Shown: positions 1 through 13,622, counted from the first letter of the stretch. The stretch: 40,582 nt of DNA from Trichodelitschia bisporula (GCA_010356995.1 ML996690.1:327101-367682), one strand, 5' to 3'. The notes: generated by a model from the letters alone, not told the origin. Made by a program: numbers and translations.

Positions 1-1174
1 CTTCGTCTGGGTCGCGCAGAGTTGCAGATGGCAGCATACTACGCAGCGCATGGTGTGGAGACTGCGGAATCTGCACTTTCTCCCGATGTTGCGAGAAAAG
101 TGGGCCGATTACATCCACGCAGCACGTGGGGCGACGGGACATGATGAGGTTTGCGTATGGCTCTCCCTTGTTGGCGCCCCATGCGCAACCAGGACAGGCA
201 GATAGTTGCAGTCGGCGACTGGTAGTAGGTAAATGGAGTCAGCCAGCAATGAGTGTGTGCAAAAGGGTTGATTGGACCAGGGGTTTCTTCTGGCGCCGCG
301 ACCCAAGCGGCGCAGAATATGCGCGAAAGAAATTGCTCGCATCAAGCGGGCGGCCAGGCCGGCCAACGCGGGCGAGCGCCTTGGTGCCGGGATTCCCCCC
401 ATGCCGTCAGCGGTCCCAGCTGATGCATCTTGTCTTCGATGCTTGATATTCGTCGCTGGTTGACTATGCCACTACAAGTATTCACAGCACCCTCCTACGA
501 CGCATACTGGTGACGGGGACACTTCGACGCCTGGTTTTGTCGAAAGCAGCGATATCGCCATTCCGCGGAAACCAGTCCTGTAAGATCCGGCAAGCCATAG
601 GCAAACAACGAGAGAGGAGATTGGGCATGAACAAATGGCACAGGGTCAAGCCATCCCAGTGCTCATCCGGAACGTCTCGCCGGGTGCTCCCTTTTACCAG
701 CCACCAACAAAACCCTAGGGACAAGTTGTTTGACTCTCCTGGCGTTGTTGCATCTCCGTGACTTGGAGACCGGCAGTTTCGGGTTTCCCATTACTCGTGC
801 TGGTACACTAACCGAGGGGAGATCACGGGTGAGGAATGACGACGGCTGAGAAGAGCTAAGCGCCAAAGGCGCCGCTGGTAAAGGAACAACCATAGATAGG
901 CTGATCAGTTGGAGGGAGAAGCGAAGGACGATAATTGAGAGGAAAAAATAATAACGGGTAAATGATGGCGTATGAACGATGGCGTATAGGGAGTGGCTCC
1001 GACTTGCTGCTCCCAACTGAGATCTGCTGGCGTCAAGCTTGGAGTGGGGCGAGCCTGAAGATCAGCCTCATCAAAATTGCGCCATGGTGGACAATGGGCA
1101 AAAAGGCAAAAAGAGCGGAGGATGACGGGGTGTTTTGGCGCGGGCCTTGTAAGGCGGGGCGTAGCTGAAGCTTT

Positions 1175-1245
1175 TGATGAGATGGTGTGGTGAGATGGTG
1201 ATGAGATGAAGATGAGATAGAGATGAGATGAAGATGAAACTGATA
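1175..1245. repeat. Imperfect (GAGAT)n simple repeat
   Basis: gatgagatggtgtggtgagatggtgatgagatgaagatgagatagagatgagatgaagatg. Confidence 0.7.
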
Positions 1246-1522
1246 CGGTATGTGTGTGCGTGTGATGTTTCACTGGTGCGTACGAAGTACCTTCCCTCGT
1301 CATTTGAATGGTCAGGTACCTCCTTCCATCCTGAGCCCTTACCACGCCTGGCGTCACCTCAACTTATCCTTCATCCTTCACCTCCACCAACTACGTGCCA
1401 CTTAAATCCTCCCCGCCTCATCTACCTCATCTACGGAGGTGCGTTTCAAAAGTAACGAGTCAAGCCACATTCCTTGGCGTGTCTTTACATCGGACCTTAC
1501 CAGCCTGGCCTAAAACTTCAAG

Positions 1523-1650
1523 TCGCGATGCACTCACGCTTTGAAATAATAGTGAGTTGCAACTGGACTGATTTTGATCGCCTTAACACAACGAGTATTT
1601 TAGCACCACTTTCGTCGCGATAACGTTGCTGCAAAAGTGTTTTTGTGGTG
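1523..1650. repeat. Diverged fragment of the fold-back element arm
   Basis: TCGCGATGCACTCA (14 nt, exact) ... TTTTAGCAC ... ATAAYGTTGCT, colinear and at nearly the same spacing as the reverse complement of 15250-15374. Confidence 0.6.
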
Positions 1651-4600
1651 TAATGTTCTGATCCGGGTAGCGCTAGCGCCTTGGTAAGGCCTTGGCAAGT
1701 AGAGTCTTGGTGACCCGTTACTTTTGAAAAGCATATCCGTACAGCGTCAGCTTCGTTCTCGTATACTGGTACAGATACGGTAGTACCACGCCGATCGGTA
1801 ACAGAGATCCCCCAAAATCCCACATCCTGTACTTGGATAGCTACCGTACCGGCAATCTCTTCTTCTCTTCTTGAGTTTGACGTCAGCTTCCTGCTATGGG
1901 CATTGTCTCGTCAAGTGCTCTTTGGAGAGATAGAGATCGCCAACACGGAACTAGGTAAGTCTCGTTTCCCTTTCCTCTCATAGTCTCACTCTAACCTTCT
2001 TCCCGGTAGGTCATCTCCTCGTCTTCTTCAAAGAACTCCCGAGATAACCCAAGTGCCTGGAAGTCCACGACTTGGCATCTTCCTACGAAGTATACCGTAC
2101 TCCCCGTCTTGTTCCCGAGAGGTGCCGCAGCCCGGAGGAGCTGCATGGCGGTCCATTCAGCGCGCACACACACTCAGTCAAATCCCTGGTCCCGGGTTGA
2201 GGTATGGTGCGCATTTCCCGGTACCGAGAGGCGGGACCGCCTTGCAGCATGGCGGGATTGGCGGATAGCGGCACGGGTTGCGACGTGTGTGCCATCGACT
2301 TGTCGAACGGAGTCAGACGCCAACCGCTCGCTAGCATCAGAGCGCATGGAGCATAGCGCAGAATGCAATTATTGTGCAATACCTACATGAGGCCGCCTTA
2401 GGAACAAGCAAAAAGCCAAAAGCAGTCCGCTAACTACGGTACCTATCTATCTCCTACGTACTACGTACCGTACGTACTCCCCACTCTCTTCCCCAATTGC
2501 TTCTCTCCCCACTCCTCATCCCCTTCCCCCACTCAGCCCCACCCATGCACATTCCGCCTTGTCCTTGGCTGGGGCAATGTTGCCAAGGGGAGAGTGGCCG
2601 AACCCTTGCCGCATCGTCGCGCTGGCAGGTGATCATGTGGTTTGCACGAATCAGGCATGGCTTTTAGGAGCTCAATTGGCTGATTGTGCATTCTTGCGAA
2701 CCAACACCATCAAAAAGCATTTAACAGAGCTTCTCACTATCCCTACGCCGTACCGTACTCGAACTTCCTCGTCCCCAAGCCTCTCTTTCTTTCTTTCATG
2801 CATCCCGCATAACACGTGGGGAAGAAGTGACCTTCCGTTGCAAGTTCCTCACTCTCGAAGCAACTTGACCCACCCCCAACCAAACCCACGTCTAACGCCA
2901 CGCTTTCTAGCCTGCTTGCTCCAAGTACGGAAGGCCGCGAGCAACAGTAACAGTCCATGCAAGAAGCCCAGGCTTCCAGCCCCACGGCGTTTGACTAGCT
3001 TCTAGGGTGAACAGGGGATTTGATTTGGTACCTTCTTACCCTAGCCTCTGGAGCAACGGAAACCCTTCTTCCATTTTTCTGATTGGATCATGGAAATCTG
3101 ACCCGCACATCCGTCGTACCCTCATGCTCCGTCCTTTTCGTGCTTCGATCGCATCGATTCGAGAGCATCAACCCCGAAGTCATCACTCTGTATTTCGCAT
3201 GAGGCGATGAGCAGCTGGGGACGGCCCACGGTGTTCAATTTCTCCCTCTCCATCGTGTCATTCCACTTCAAGAAGGCAGCTTGGCGGGGTAGTACTTTAC
3301 CTTCGTCCCTTGCCTAACCAGAGCAGTCCACGTTGTGGCTGACGCGAAACGTCCGGGCCTTTTTATCCCTGATCTGTGTGTTATGATATATGGGTTGTGC
3401 TTTTGCATGCTGCGTAGAAAGGTGGGGTGGTAAGCACGGGGCTACCGTATCCTTCTGCCTCTGAGATCCAGATACGGATGTACAGGGTCACGAGGGAGTG
3501 TCAGTCATGAGCAGCCTACGATATCATCACTGTCCGAGCTTTAATGCTCCACATCAGGTCAGGCACCCTTTCTCAGCGCCCTCGACACATTCTGATTCCA
3601 CAAAAGGCGTGTTCGGCGTCCAGTTTATAGAGTCGTGTGGGGGGCGGGTGGGGGAAGGAGTACCCAATATCGCCGTGAACTCCGCACCCTGCGTTCCCAG
3701 ATCTGGAATCTTCCACCCTTTAGGGAACTTTCCCTCCCCGATTCCAAACCCGCCCGGGGAAGTACAGCACGCCTCCCGCCCCACCAACACCCGCCCGCGA
3801 CGGACGCGGCACGGCACATCAGCCATTGGCACGTGCGTTGCTAGGCTAACCTCGCCGCACTGGCTATATCTCGAGGCTAATTTTCACTACGGAGCACCAT
3901 TGACCTTTTAGTTAAGCTTCCCATGGCGACAGCATGGTGAGTCGAACCGCTACGCCAGGTAGGTCAAATTCGAAGCAGGTAAATTCGACACCCAATGCCG
4001 TGTCGCTGGCTCCCTGGACGGTTGAGACACTGGAGCCGTTGCGGTTCGCCCCTCGTCTTCTGGGCATCAAGCGAAGGGGGAGGGACCGGTGAACCCGTGG
4101 GGACTTTCTCGGCGTATGCTGTTCGATGGATACATATTGCCTTGCCAACCTATTCCTCCCAAAGAGGATACAGAGACCGGTGTGCACACGGCCCCATCGC
4201 TGCAGAAGCACCATACGAGCTTTCGCGTTTTGGCCAGGTGACTTTGGCGCGCACACATTGCTGCCGCATGTGCACAAAGGCCTCTCGTACCTGCAATGGT
4301 GTGTAGCACGCCTTGCGCATGCACCAGCTTACTTGCTCCCACTTGTCTCGCCTCGCAGGTAAGCAAATCATGGCCTCGCGCGGATCGTCCTCTAGCGCCA
4401 CAAGAGATGCGTTGGCAAGCAGAGACATGATGACGCTTCCGGCTTCTGAAGCAAGCGGCCCCGACCCCCACCCTCTCACCTGCGCTGTCCGGGAGTGAAT
4501 TGTGCAGTCCCGATGCATCTCGCTCTCAGCTCACGCTTTCGCCGACTCGTCGTTGCTCGTTGCCCGCCCATTGGGTAGAACCGTACTTTCCGCTGGTGGG

Positions 4601-7600
4601 CAGGACGAGCTCGTACTGGTGGAGATTGCATGGCGAGCTTATTTTATCGCTGTTGTCCTCCGCTTGGCTCTGTCCGCTGGTACGAAGCCGAAGAGAAGGG
4701 TAGGGAAGGGCGTCCGCGCCGCCGCGGCTACGGGGATGCCCAATGGTCAATCTGCAAATCATCGCGTCAGCTTCTGGAATGCGCCACGTCCAGCAAGACG
4801 TCGTTTTCATTTCCCGAGGGCAAGGTGATGGGAATCACTAACGGACGGCGGCACACCGGGACGTAGCGCGCAAGCGATGGGCGTGTGGCGCTCGGCTGAT
4901 CGGGAACTTTGTAGATGCTCAGGTCAATTGCCCTTAAGGATGCCATCAGTATCACAACACTATCTATCTCGTACATGGTTTGCTGGCGAAATGTAGTATC
5001 TCCATTTCTGCATACTTGTGATTGCTGCAGTCGGGGATCTGCATTCAGGCCGCCCCGAGCAAAGGGACGAGTTCGGGAGGCGGTGGGGCTGGTCAGTGGT
5101 TGGAGCGCCATCCAGCGCTCCGGAGTATCCCCACTCGAAATGGGCCTATCAAAATTTCCAGAAGCTTTCTCAGACCGCTCACGACTCGTGAATTCCAGCC
5201 GGGAGTACGGATTAAAGGAACAAAAGACGCGGCGTTGGAGCCGAACGTCAGCGGGGCAATATGGGGATCTCCTCCTGGGAATTGGACTGCCGTGATTAAC
5301 ACGACTGAGTGGGGCCTTTTGCACGGCTCGAGACCTGGATACGGCACGATATAAACCGGAGGGTTACGGGCCTCCCGAAGCCTGAAGGCGAGCGGTGCTG
5401 CCCATTCCTGGGAGTGGTGCGGCCCGTCGTGCCTGTTTGACGTTGGAATAGCTCGTTGATCCGCTGTAGATCGGATTTGGGTGAGATTCCCGAGGTGTGC
5501 TTCTGCCGACAGGCGGGAAGTGAGAGCTGATAGGGTGACTTTGAGGCGGATACAGTAGAATCCAATGGCGGCTCAACGCCGTTGCTGTTAGCCTTGCTGC
5601 TCTAGGAGAGGCATCCGGGAAGGATTGATCAATATGGTAGATACCGCCCGCTTCCTCCGGCCATATTGAAAGGTTCTGGAAGAGTCCACGATGCTTGGCT
5701 ATCACAGCTTCCTAAAGAGCATGGGATAGGTGGCAAAGGCACTGACTCGATGTTCCTGGTGATGCTGCCATTGGCGTAGAGCGAAAGGGGTGAGGTCAGA
5801 ATTCTTTGCCGATTAGGCACTTGCAATCACTTCCTTGCCGGTCATTGAAGCAGCTCACGGGTTTTTACCAGCAGAAATGATGAACCGATCGTCCCAATAG
5901 AAGACCAGTTTACCCTGTAGACAAGGCCTTTATAACAAGATCCGGCATGTTGGGCATCCAAACTGGCCATCAAAGGTACCCGACCTCGTCAGTGGCGTGC
6001 TTTTGTAACTCATGTTCACAGGGAGCCGGGAGCTCGAAGGCGAGATAATCGGCGTCATCTATTTCAACATCAGAGAGCAGGTATGCCGGATTCCAAGGAA
6101 CTGTTGGTGGCATAATCGCTAGCCAACGCGAAAGTCGCCGGATTCGGGACAGTAATCTCTCAAGATTTTTGCCGGATCAAAATCCAGCTAAGATTTGAGA
6201 GAGGATCTCAATGCGTGCATCATTGCTATGGTATCCGTGATTGGTGTGGCGTAGACGTCTGATGGAATTCTGAGACCGCTTTGAAGTTTCGGTGTACCAG
6301 TATTTGTTCGGTGCAAGTATCGTCGATGCCGGCGAGGGTTGCTGTACGAGGGTGGCTTTCATCTTGCATGGAGCAGACGCTCAGCGGTGTCCGATAAGGT
6401 ATGGAAGGAGTTCGTCCAATGTGTGCTCGAGCTGTAGTTCTCGATGGCCTGGATGCATGTCAGTAGCACCGCCTCATACCCCGAACGAAAATCGATTGCT
6501 CACCTCCATTGCAGGCCGCCGATTACACCATACGGCGTTCCGTGGGCTGTGCTTCTCTTACCGCAGGAGACTTCGTTGTTCAGCGTATGCTGTGCGAGCG
6601 TCGAACACCTCGTTTGCGGTACAAAACTTATGACGTCGACTCAAACGTCTGTACAAACCTTCCATGCCCGGCGCTTAGTGCAACACCTACCCCACTACCC
6701 CACTACCCCATATTACACTAGACGCCGCTCCGCATAGTTTCCCGCCGACAACTTCAAAGAGACTGCTCATTTCATTCATCGTACCATTGATCGAAGAGTA
6801 TATTTTGGGCGTCATGCGAGCCATCAACCGCTGCCGTCATTCTTCTTTCGGCCACGGCGCCGGCACGTATCCTAGGCCCGCTCCGACGCCCCGCCCGCGC
6901 TGCAGCAAGCCAGGACCGTAACTCGCTGACTTTACGGCAGCCCGTGGTCAAAAGACGTCCTTGCAGATTCAAGACCGAGCTAGATGCACCCTTGATGCCC
7001 GTAGCTCAAACGCCAGGGATTACGTGCAGCATCCCTAGCCGGGAAGAACCATTGGACACGAGCTGGGACTTTCGGAAGGCGGATGTCATCCTGCTGCATG
7101 TGGTTCCAGATCGCCGCTGGGGCACAGCTCCACGAGCTGATGTAACGCACGACATTGCTCGAGGGAAACTTGGGGCTCGCCAGTCGGGGCCGACAAGCCG
7201 CTGAGTGCCGGAGCCGGGACGACACGGACAGATGACGATATATGCTGTCTGTGCAACAAGCCGACCCCAGACGTACTTAAAACCGTTGCCACGGTATGCA
7301 GATAGCATCCGGAAGGGCATAGTGGCGCCGGTCTGTGGGGGAGGTGTATATCTCGGGCAAAGCTTAATCTGACTCATGGCTCGATACAGATACTGACGGA
7401 TACTCTGGATTCTGACGACTCTTTTCTACGGTGTGAGCAACTATCGCCTCTCACAGCGCCCAACTATCTAGATTCTCTTTATCTTCGTTCATTGGACGTT
7501 CTTTTCCACGCCGATCTGCGTAGACGCCTGGAAAATGTGACTCGTCCGTTGCTCCGCTCGACAGGAAACTCCAAGTGGTTACTAGAGCCTGAGCGTACGG

Positions 7601-7893
7601 CCCGGCACACAGCCCTCTCTGCCTGGTATGAGTTGTAATGCGACGAGCGTAAAGCCAAATCGATACTTTGGCAGCATAATAAGCCTACGTTGCGTATGCC
7701 TTCTTTGATCCGGGTATTTCTAACCCAACAATGCCCCTCTTTCAGGGATTCTTCTTCCCCATTGCCCCAGACCTTTCGCGCATTTTGAAGAAGCCATCAT
7801 CTCGACCCATATATCCCCTCCGCTTTCGAGTGGAAAGCCAAACCCTTCAGCATTTCATACCTCAGACCAACAAACCTTACAAGGAAGGAAATC

Positions 7894-8386
7894 ATGTCGA
7901 AGGAAGGCCGCAATCTCACTGAAAAAGAGATGCGGCTTCTCGCACTGTCGTGGATGTGTTTCCACACTGAGCCGCAGGTGAGCAAGTCAGAGAGTGACAT
8001 CCTCCGATCGACTAACCCTGACTTTCTACTGAAAGGTGGATTTTGATAAACTGGCTGGCTTGACGGGATATACACTCGGCAGCACCAAAGTCTTGCTGGG
8101 TAATCTCAAGCGCAAACTGAAGAGCGTGGCATCCGAGAACCTTAACGGGGACGAAGACGACAAGAAACCGGTCACTCCTAAGCCATCGCCGAGGAAGCGG
8201 AAGCCGCAGTCGACGGACGATGGCGTCCCGTCCAGCGTTTCGAAGCGCGGCAAGACGACGCGCCGGGGTTCTGCGAATCGCAAAGGGGTTAAGAAAGCAC
8301 TAGCTGATGTTGCGGAGGAGTCGGGCAAGGATGCAGATGAAGGACCGGTAGTGTCGGGAGACGAAAATGTGAAGTCTGATGAGTGA
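7894..8386 (+). CDS. Small basic protein (~144 aa): short N-terminal helical (Myb-like/histone-H1-like) fold plus Lys/Arg/Pro-rich tail; probable chromatin/DNA-binding protein
   Basis: Exon 1 7894-7977 (MSKEGRNLTEKEMRLLALSWMCFHTEPQ), intron 7978-8035 (GTGAGC..ACTAAC..AAG), exon 2 8036-8386 (VDFDKLAGLTGYTLGSTKVLLGNLKRKLK...TPKPSPRKRK). The LALSWxCF..PxVDFDKLA..GY pattern matches a widespread small fungal protein family. Confidence 0.75.
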
Positions 8387-11300
8387 GACGTCTAGACTTC
8401 TGTCATTGGGGTGGGCTGATTCCACTTGCGGCTTACAAGGCTGGCCATCGTACGAGCCGAGCGGGAACGAGGTTTAGGTATTTTTGAGGCAATGAACCGC
8501 CAGTCAATTTTTTTGGCTTTAGCTCAGTGATTGCTGTCTTTGTCAATATCCCCGCTGTGGGGGGGGCATGGCGGGGCTGTGAGGCTTTGAGTGCAACAGA
8601 TGATGGGTCTGGGACATTCTGGATCCGACATCTCCTCGCGATAAGTGATCGATATCGCCATCAAGGCAGATTAGTACTACTGAAAAGTCTTACGGGCTGG
8701 CGCATCTGAAAGGCCAGCTTCTCCCCAACTGATCTGAGACGGCCTCATTGTTTTCCAGCAGTGCGGACGATCGAGATTGTGGACGCGCTGGCTGTCATGC
8801 ATTTCAGCACAGGGGGCATCTCGAACCGAATGGCGACATTGTGAGCAGTCGGATTATCCTCTCCACACCTAGAGGAGCCGATATCATGGCATCATTGGCT
8901 TTTAATGGCACACAACCTTTGGTGACACGGCATTATGCAGCCACCGACAGAGCAATTCTCAGACCACGTCTCCTAAGGCCGACTAACGCCAAAGTACAAG
9001 GGCCGTCAATCGTCTTGAGTATTTCTAGAGATGACCGTCTAAGAGTGCGGACTTCTACGCCAAGCGGTTCGGTACGTCCAGCAACTGCAGCTTTTAAGCG
9101 CTGAAGCTGCGTTAAGAACATCGTGTGCAGGATGACGAACCAGAAAGCTTGAGGCACGTTGCCTTCGCTGCCGGGCTTCAAAGTGATTGTGCCTTGATCA
9201 CCACGACTTCGCCATCCGGGGAAGTTACACGCTTGGGTACTGGCGTTTCTCGGGCCCAATGATGTTCGGCTGTCGTTGACTGGTGAAGTTTGGGTTGCAT
9301 GCGTATGATGTCTTTTATCCTGTGACATTTTACCTTCCCCTTACCTAGAACAAGGTTGAGCTTCGGTGCCCATCTCCTAACCCAAATGTTCAATCAATAC
9401 GATATTGACTCCCTACCTAAGTGATCACATCGACATAGACGGCATGTATAAAGGAGCCTTTGGCGGTCGGATATTAGCGCCTCTCTCTCTTGACTTCCGT
9501 ATATGAATGTAAGAAACTTGTGCCATCAGTTCCCCCACGTCATTATCATCAGTGCTTGCCTTGCAGAACGAGATAAGCACCTTAGGCCGACGACCTTATG
9601 TGGTGGCAATTTTTCCTCATCTTTGGTAGCCACTCGTAATACCCTATAGGAAAAGCCTATACTTCGAGATCTCAAGTATTGCCCAACGATCTCTGCTATC
9701 CTCTTCATCCTGCTTCGTCCACCCTCCCTGCTCGCCATGCCCAGCACATTGGCGAACACTATCAGCCAACGTTATGCCGGAAGCTGTTACAATCGCTATT
9801 ATTTAAATGGTAGGTGCATGCGGGAAGTGGACAGCTGGAGCAGCGTTCACCCCCAACGAACTTGACACCTTAGAGGCAGCGAACGCCCGGACCACAAGAA
9901 CAAGATTCTTAGCCAAAAACTAAGTGTCCTGAGGGGACCCTTCCTCAGTGTTTCCGAATAGCGTCAGTGAAATCCAGATGGGAACAAAGATCCGGCACAT
10001 ATTATCGATTATATCACAATGTATACTCTCATCGGCGTGGTTCAAGATGTTGTCTTAATACCGAGCAGCCATCTACGCCATCTAAGGGAGGATCCACAAA
10101 GACTCTGTAACAAAGTTCGGCACCCTTAGAGTGATAAACAAGTCATGAATTAGCAAGTCAGGCAGTCAACGAACCTGGGAAATTAAATAAAGAAACAATC
10201 GCACATCATTGTCCCTTCGTGCATTGTCATTGAACGTAGGATGAACGCGGGAGGAGGTGGCCCTGGTCAACGCAGCTATACAAAACGACCAATGAATTTT
10301 ATCTCCGGAGTTTATAAAACCGGGGGAAGTGCCTCAGCCTCGACTAAAGGGCCAAGCCTTCACAGCTTCGCAGGTTCTTCATCTGATTGCTAAAGTCCAC
10401 ATCCAGATGGACAATTATTCTCCGGTTCACCAAGGCAGGGCCTACCGTCCAGAGTACTGCCCGTCGTAAGAACGTCTTCAGTAAATATATATTGGTCCTT
10501 GACGCCAGCTTGTCCAAGTATGAGGTTCGGTCAGGGACTCGGCTTTGAATACAACTCTTTGAGTTTATGGAGCGGGGAGGGATATGCCGTTAGGGACCTA
10601 GGCGCAAGCCCCACAAGGCTGAGGCGGTCATGTTAAACGCTCACCCAAACAAGTCTAACCAAGGACCGGGGAAAACAAGAACCCCTCCCTACCCAAGAAA
10701 AACTTACATTCGAACCATGCGCTCTTGGCCCATTACACCAGAGCCAAAAAAATCGTAAGCTGCAAATGCTATTAAATGCCAGCAAACGCCAGGTAATCCA
10801 TCATATCTACCCAAACCTTGCAGGTGAGTAACATAATTTTGACGGCTGCCTGGAGTCAATCGAAGTACCAAATCATTTACGTCGCTGTAGCGACTGCATG
10901 AATGTCCCTCGTATTGCGGCTGTCCGCGCTGGCGTCCACGCTGGCGTCCTCATAACTGGTGGACTAATTAGAGACCAAGAATGTTTTACAGAACGGCTCT
11001 GCTTAAAAGGGTCGGCTTTCTGATTAATCCGCCGGTTACTTCACGAATGGCTGGGTTGAATGCCATGGAAACTGACAGACGCGCAGCCCAATCATTTAAG
11101 AGTCGCCTCGCCATATTCAGGGACCAAGGCTCATTTTGGCATACCACTTATTGCAATACCACAGCAGGAAGAATTCGTATTTAAGTTTAATACATTGTAA
11201 CCCCTTCAAGGACGTAGCACCAAGGGCCTTTCAAAAATTCTAAGCTGAAGTTAAGGTTGCCATGCACTCATATCACGCAAGTTAATAAAAGTAACTAACG

Positions 11301-11499
11301 CAGTTTACTTGATTGGTGTTAACGAGACTAGGATATTTGCGCTCTTCTTTTATTGCGAACCGTAGCTGCGAAGATGGTATAAACTTCATATAGGAGGGAT
11401 ACAATGAAGTTCATTGATTGGACGCAATTGGTACACTACGGCTAAAACTCTCGACTTGTAATTAGCTGATGGAGGATGCGTAGGGTTCTCTGGTGATTT

Positions 11500-11706
11500 T
11501 CCCTTGTACGGCCTAGGTACTGGCCCAGGGACATGCCCAGGTACTTACCTAAGTACAAATCGCAGTTATTGGCCAGTTAAGGAGCTATGATTTGTTACAG
11601 AAATTGATGATTCTTTACAAGACAAAGTTCGAGCTCTTTAATTGGTTAATGACAGCTATTTGTACCGGGGCAAGTACCTAAGCCAGTACCTGGGCCATAT
11701 AAGTGA
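11500..11706. mobile_element. MITE family A, copy 1 (fold-back, Tc1/mariner-like)
   Basis: Left end TCCCTTGTACGGCCTAGGTACTGGCCCAGG, right end CCAGTACCTGGGCCATATAAGTGA followed by TA; left flank TT. Homologous to four other copies. Confidence 0.8.
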
Positions 11707-13427
11707 TAGATACTGAATTTTTGAGGAGCGTCTGGAATAGTTTCTCATACTCAGGCTCGGAGTTTAGCAATTGCATCAACTTAGAAAACGAGCTGGTGCA
11801 TTCCTTTGCTCGAGTTTTTGCACACGAGCAGAAATGACCCCGTGATAAGAATTCAATGGCTAGATTACGTATCTAAGTATAACGCGTCAAAGACGTCGTC
11901 AGCTACCGCCGTCAGCGAAGCACCGATGATCAAGACAAGGATATGGATATTCTAACAAAGGCATCATTGAGAATGAAGTAGATGTGGACAAGGCACTACT
12001 AATCCCTTTACCGCTGTGGTTCTTGCAAAGATTCTCCCAGCAATTCTCGCTACGGCTCTTGCCGCGGTTGTCGCTGCGGCTCTCAGTTTAGTGGACCAAT
12101 CATAAGCCATTACTCCATCAGCATCAAATTCTGACACCTGATAGCATTTACTAGGTTGTATCTCGGTCATGAATCTCACGTTTGCAACTTGTCGTTGCCT
12201 TGAGATGTCCGCGTTTGAGGTTTGTATTAATTTGAGCATCTCGATAAGCTTCTTTTGCCATGCCAGCTGGCAACTAGACTCCAAACTTTGACCGCTGATT
12301 TCTCAAATGCGCTAGCAAGATTTGAGGCTAAAAATACATAGCAGTTAGAGCTACGCAAGCTCTCGGGCGTAACAACATCGTCGTACAGCCCACATATTTG
12401 CGCATTACAATATGGCAATATTTGTATCGGTGCAAGCATTGAAATGCAAACATCTCAATGCGCCAGCTTGCCAGCAATGCCAAATCTTAACCCGCCAGCA
12501 TTCCAGCGTTAACAAATTTGACACGCCATGGGGCTTGCCGAGAATAATTTCAAGCCGCCCTTAGCGAGAAATGTCTACGGCGGAGTTCCGCTCTAATTTC
12601 CGCTTTGGCGCAACAAATGTTCTATCTTAAACGATGAAAGTGTCACGGAGCTCCAGTTTGTGTAGACAAAAAGCAAGACTTTTGGTTCGGGGGAGGAAGG
12701 GGAGGGTGATGGAGCGAGGGCCTAAGACCCTGAACCCTCCAGGGCTCAAGAAAAGAGCCCAGGGTGTCGACCCAGACCCTGGCAGAAGCGTCCTTCCCAG
12801 TAGAGAGGAGGCTCCATGCCAGGCCCGTGACAGAAAGGGGATATCACAGAGTCCTGCAAAATGGCAACACTGTAGGGGTTTATGGCCAGCAGGTTGAAGT
12901 TAATATCTTTGGTGGCTGGGTGTACCTACAGCCTCAAAAACACTTCACCATAACCCCACCAAATGGAGGCCCTTTGCGCCCCCCCCCCCCATTCTGGACA
13001 TGCTCCGGAAACCGGTTAGAAGCATTTCTTCAGTGTGTACTTTTTAATGCACTTTTTTGCCTCAATGAAACCATCTTGGAGTCCTGAAAAAAACGCCAAT
13101 CGTCCAACTGGCTAGCACGTAGATATCCACCGCAACGAGCCAAAACCGACGTTCTTTGAATTTACATATGTAATTAGATTGAGAGTAAGCTGACAGAAAT
13201 GCAACTTTACATTTCAAGTAATTATTACCCGGAATTTACACAGAAGCCTAAAATAATAATAAAAATGCGGGAAGGGATTTGGGAATTAATCCATAAGCAT
13301 ACTTAAATAAAGCCTGGCAGACACATCTGTCAGAAAATGTTATATGCCAGCCAATAAGAATGTAATGGCATGGGCTTCACTTGAAGAAAAATGCCTCCGA
13401 CTAATAACTGTTCTAACAAATTTGGTA

Positions 13428-13622
13428 TTACTTGTACGGCCCAGGTACTGGTCTAGGTACTAATCACCCATTTACCCGGTATTGTGGACTGATTCCAGAG
13501 CTTGAATTTGGTTTTGCAAAGACTTCTTAGCTTCTACAACACATCTCAGTTCTTTGCTTGGTCCACGATAGTGGGTACGCGGGCGACGAGTACCTGGGCC
13601 AGTACCTTGGCCGTATCAGCGA
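13428..13622. mobile_element. MITE family A, copy 2
   Basis: TA|TTACTTGTACGGCCCAGGTACTGG ... CCAGTACCTTGGCCGTATCAGCGA|TA. Confidence 0.8.

Noticed and set aside
6790..7370. LigB-type dioxygenase similarity suggested by FGHGAG
   Set aside because: None of the downstream family motifs (SAHW, DHG) could be found.
11964..12439. Two overlapping minus-strand ORFs with an Ala-rich stretch
   Set aside because: No recognisable domain or splice structure, so not supportable as a gene.
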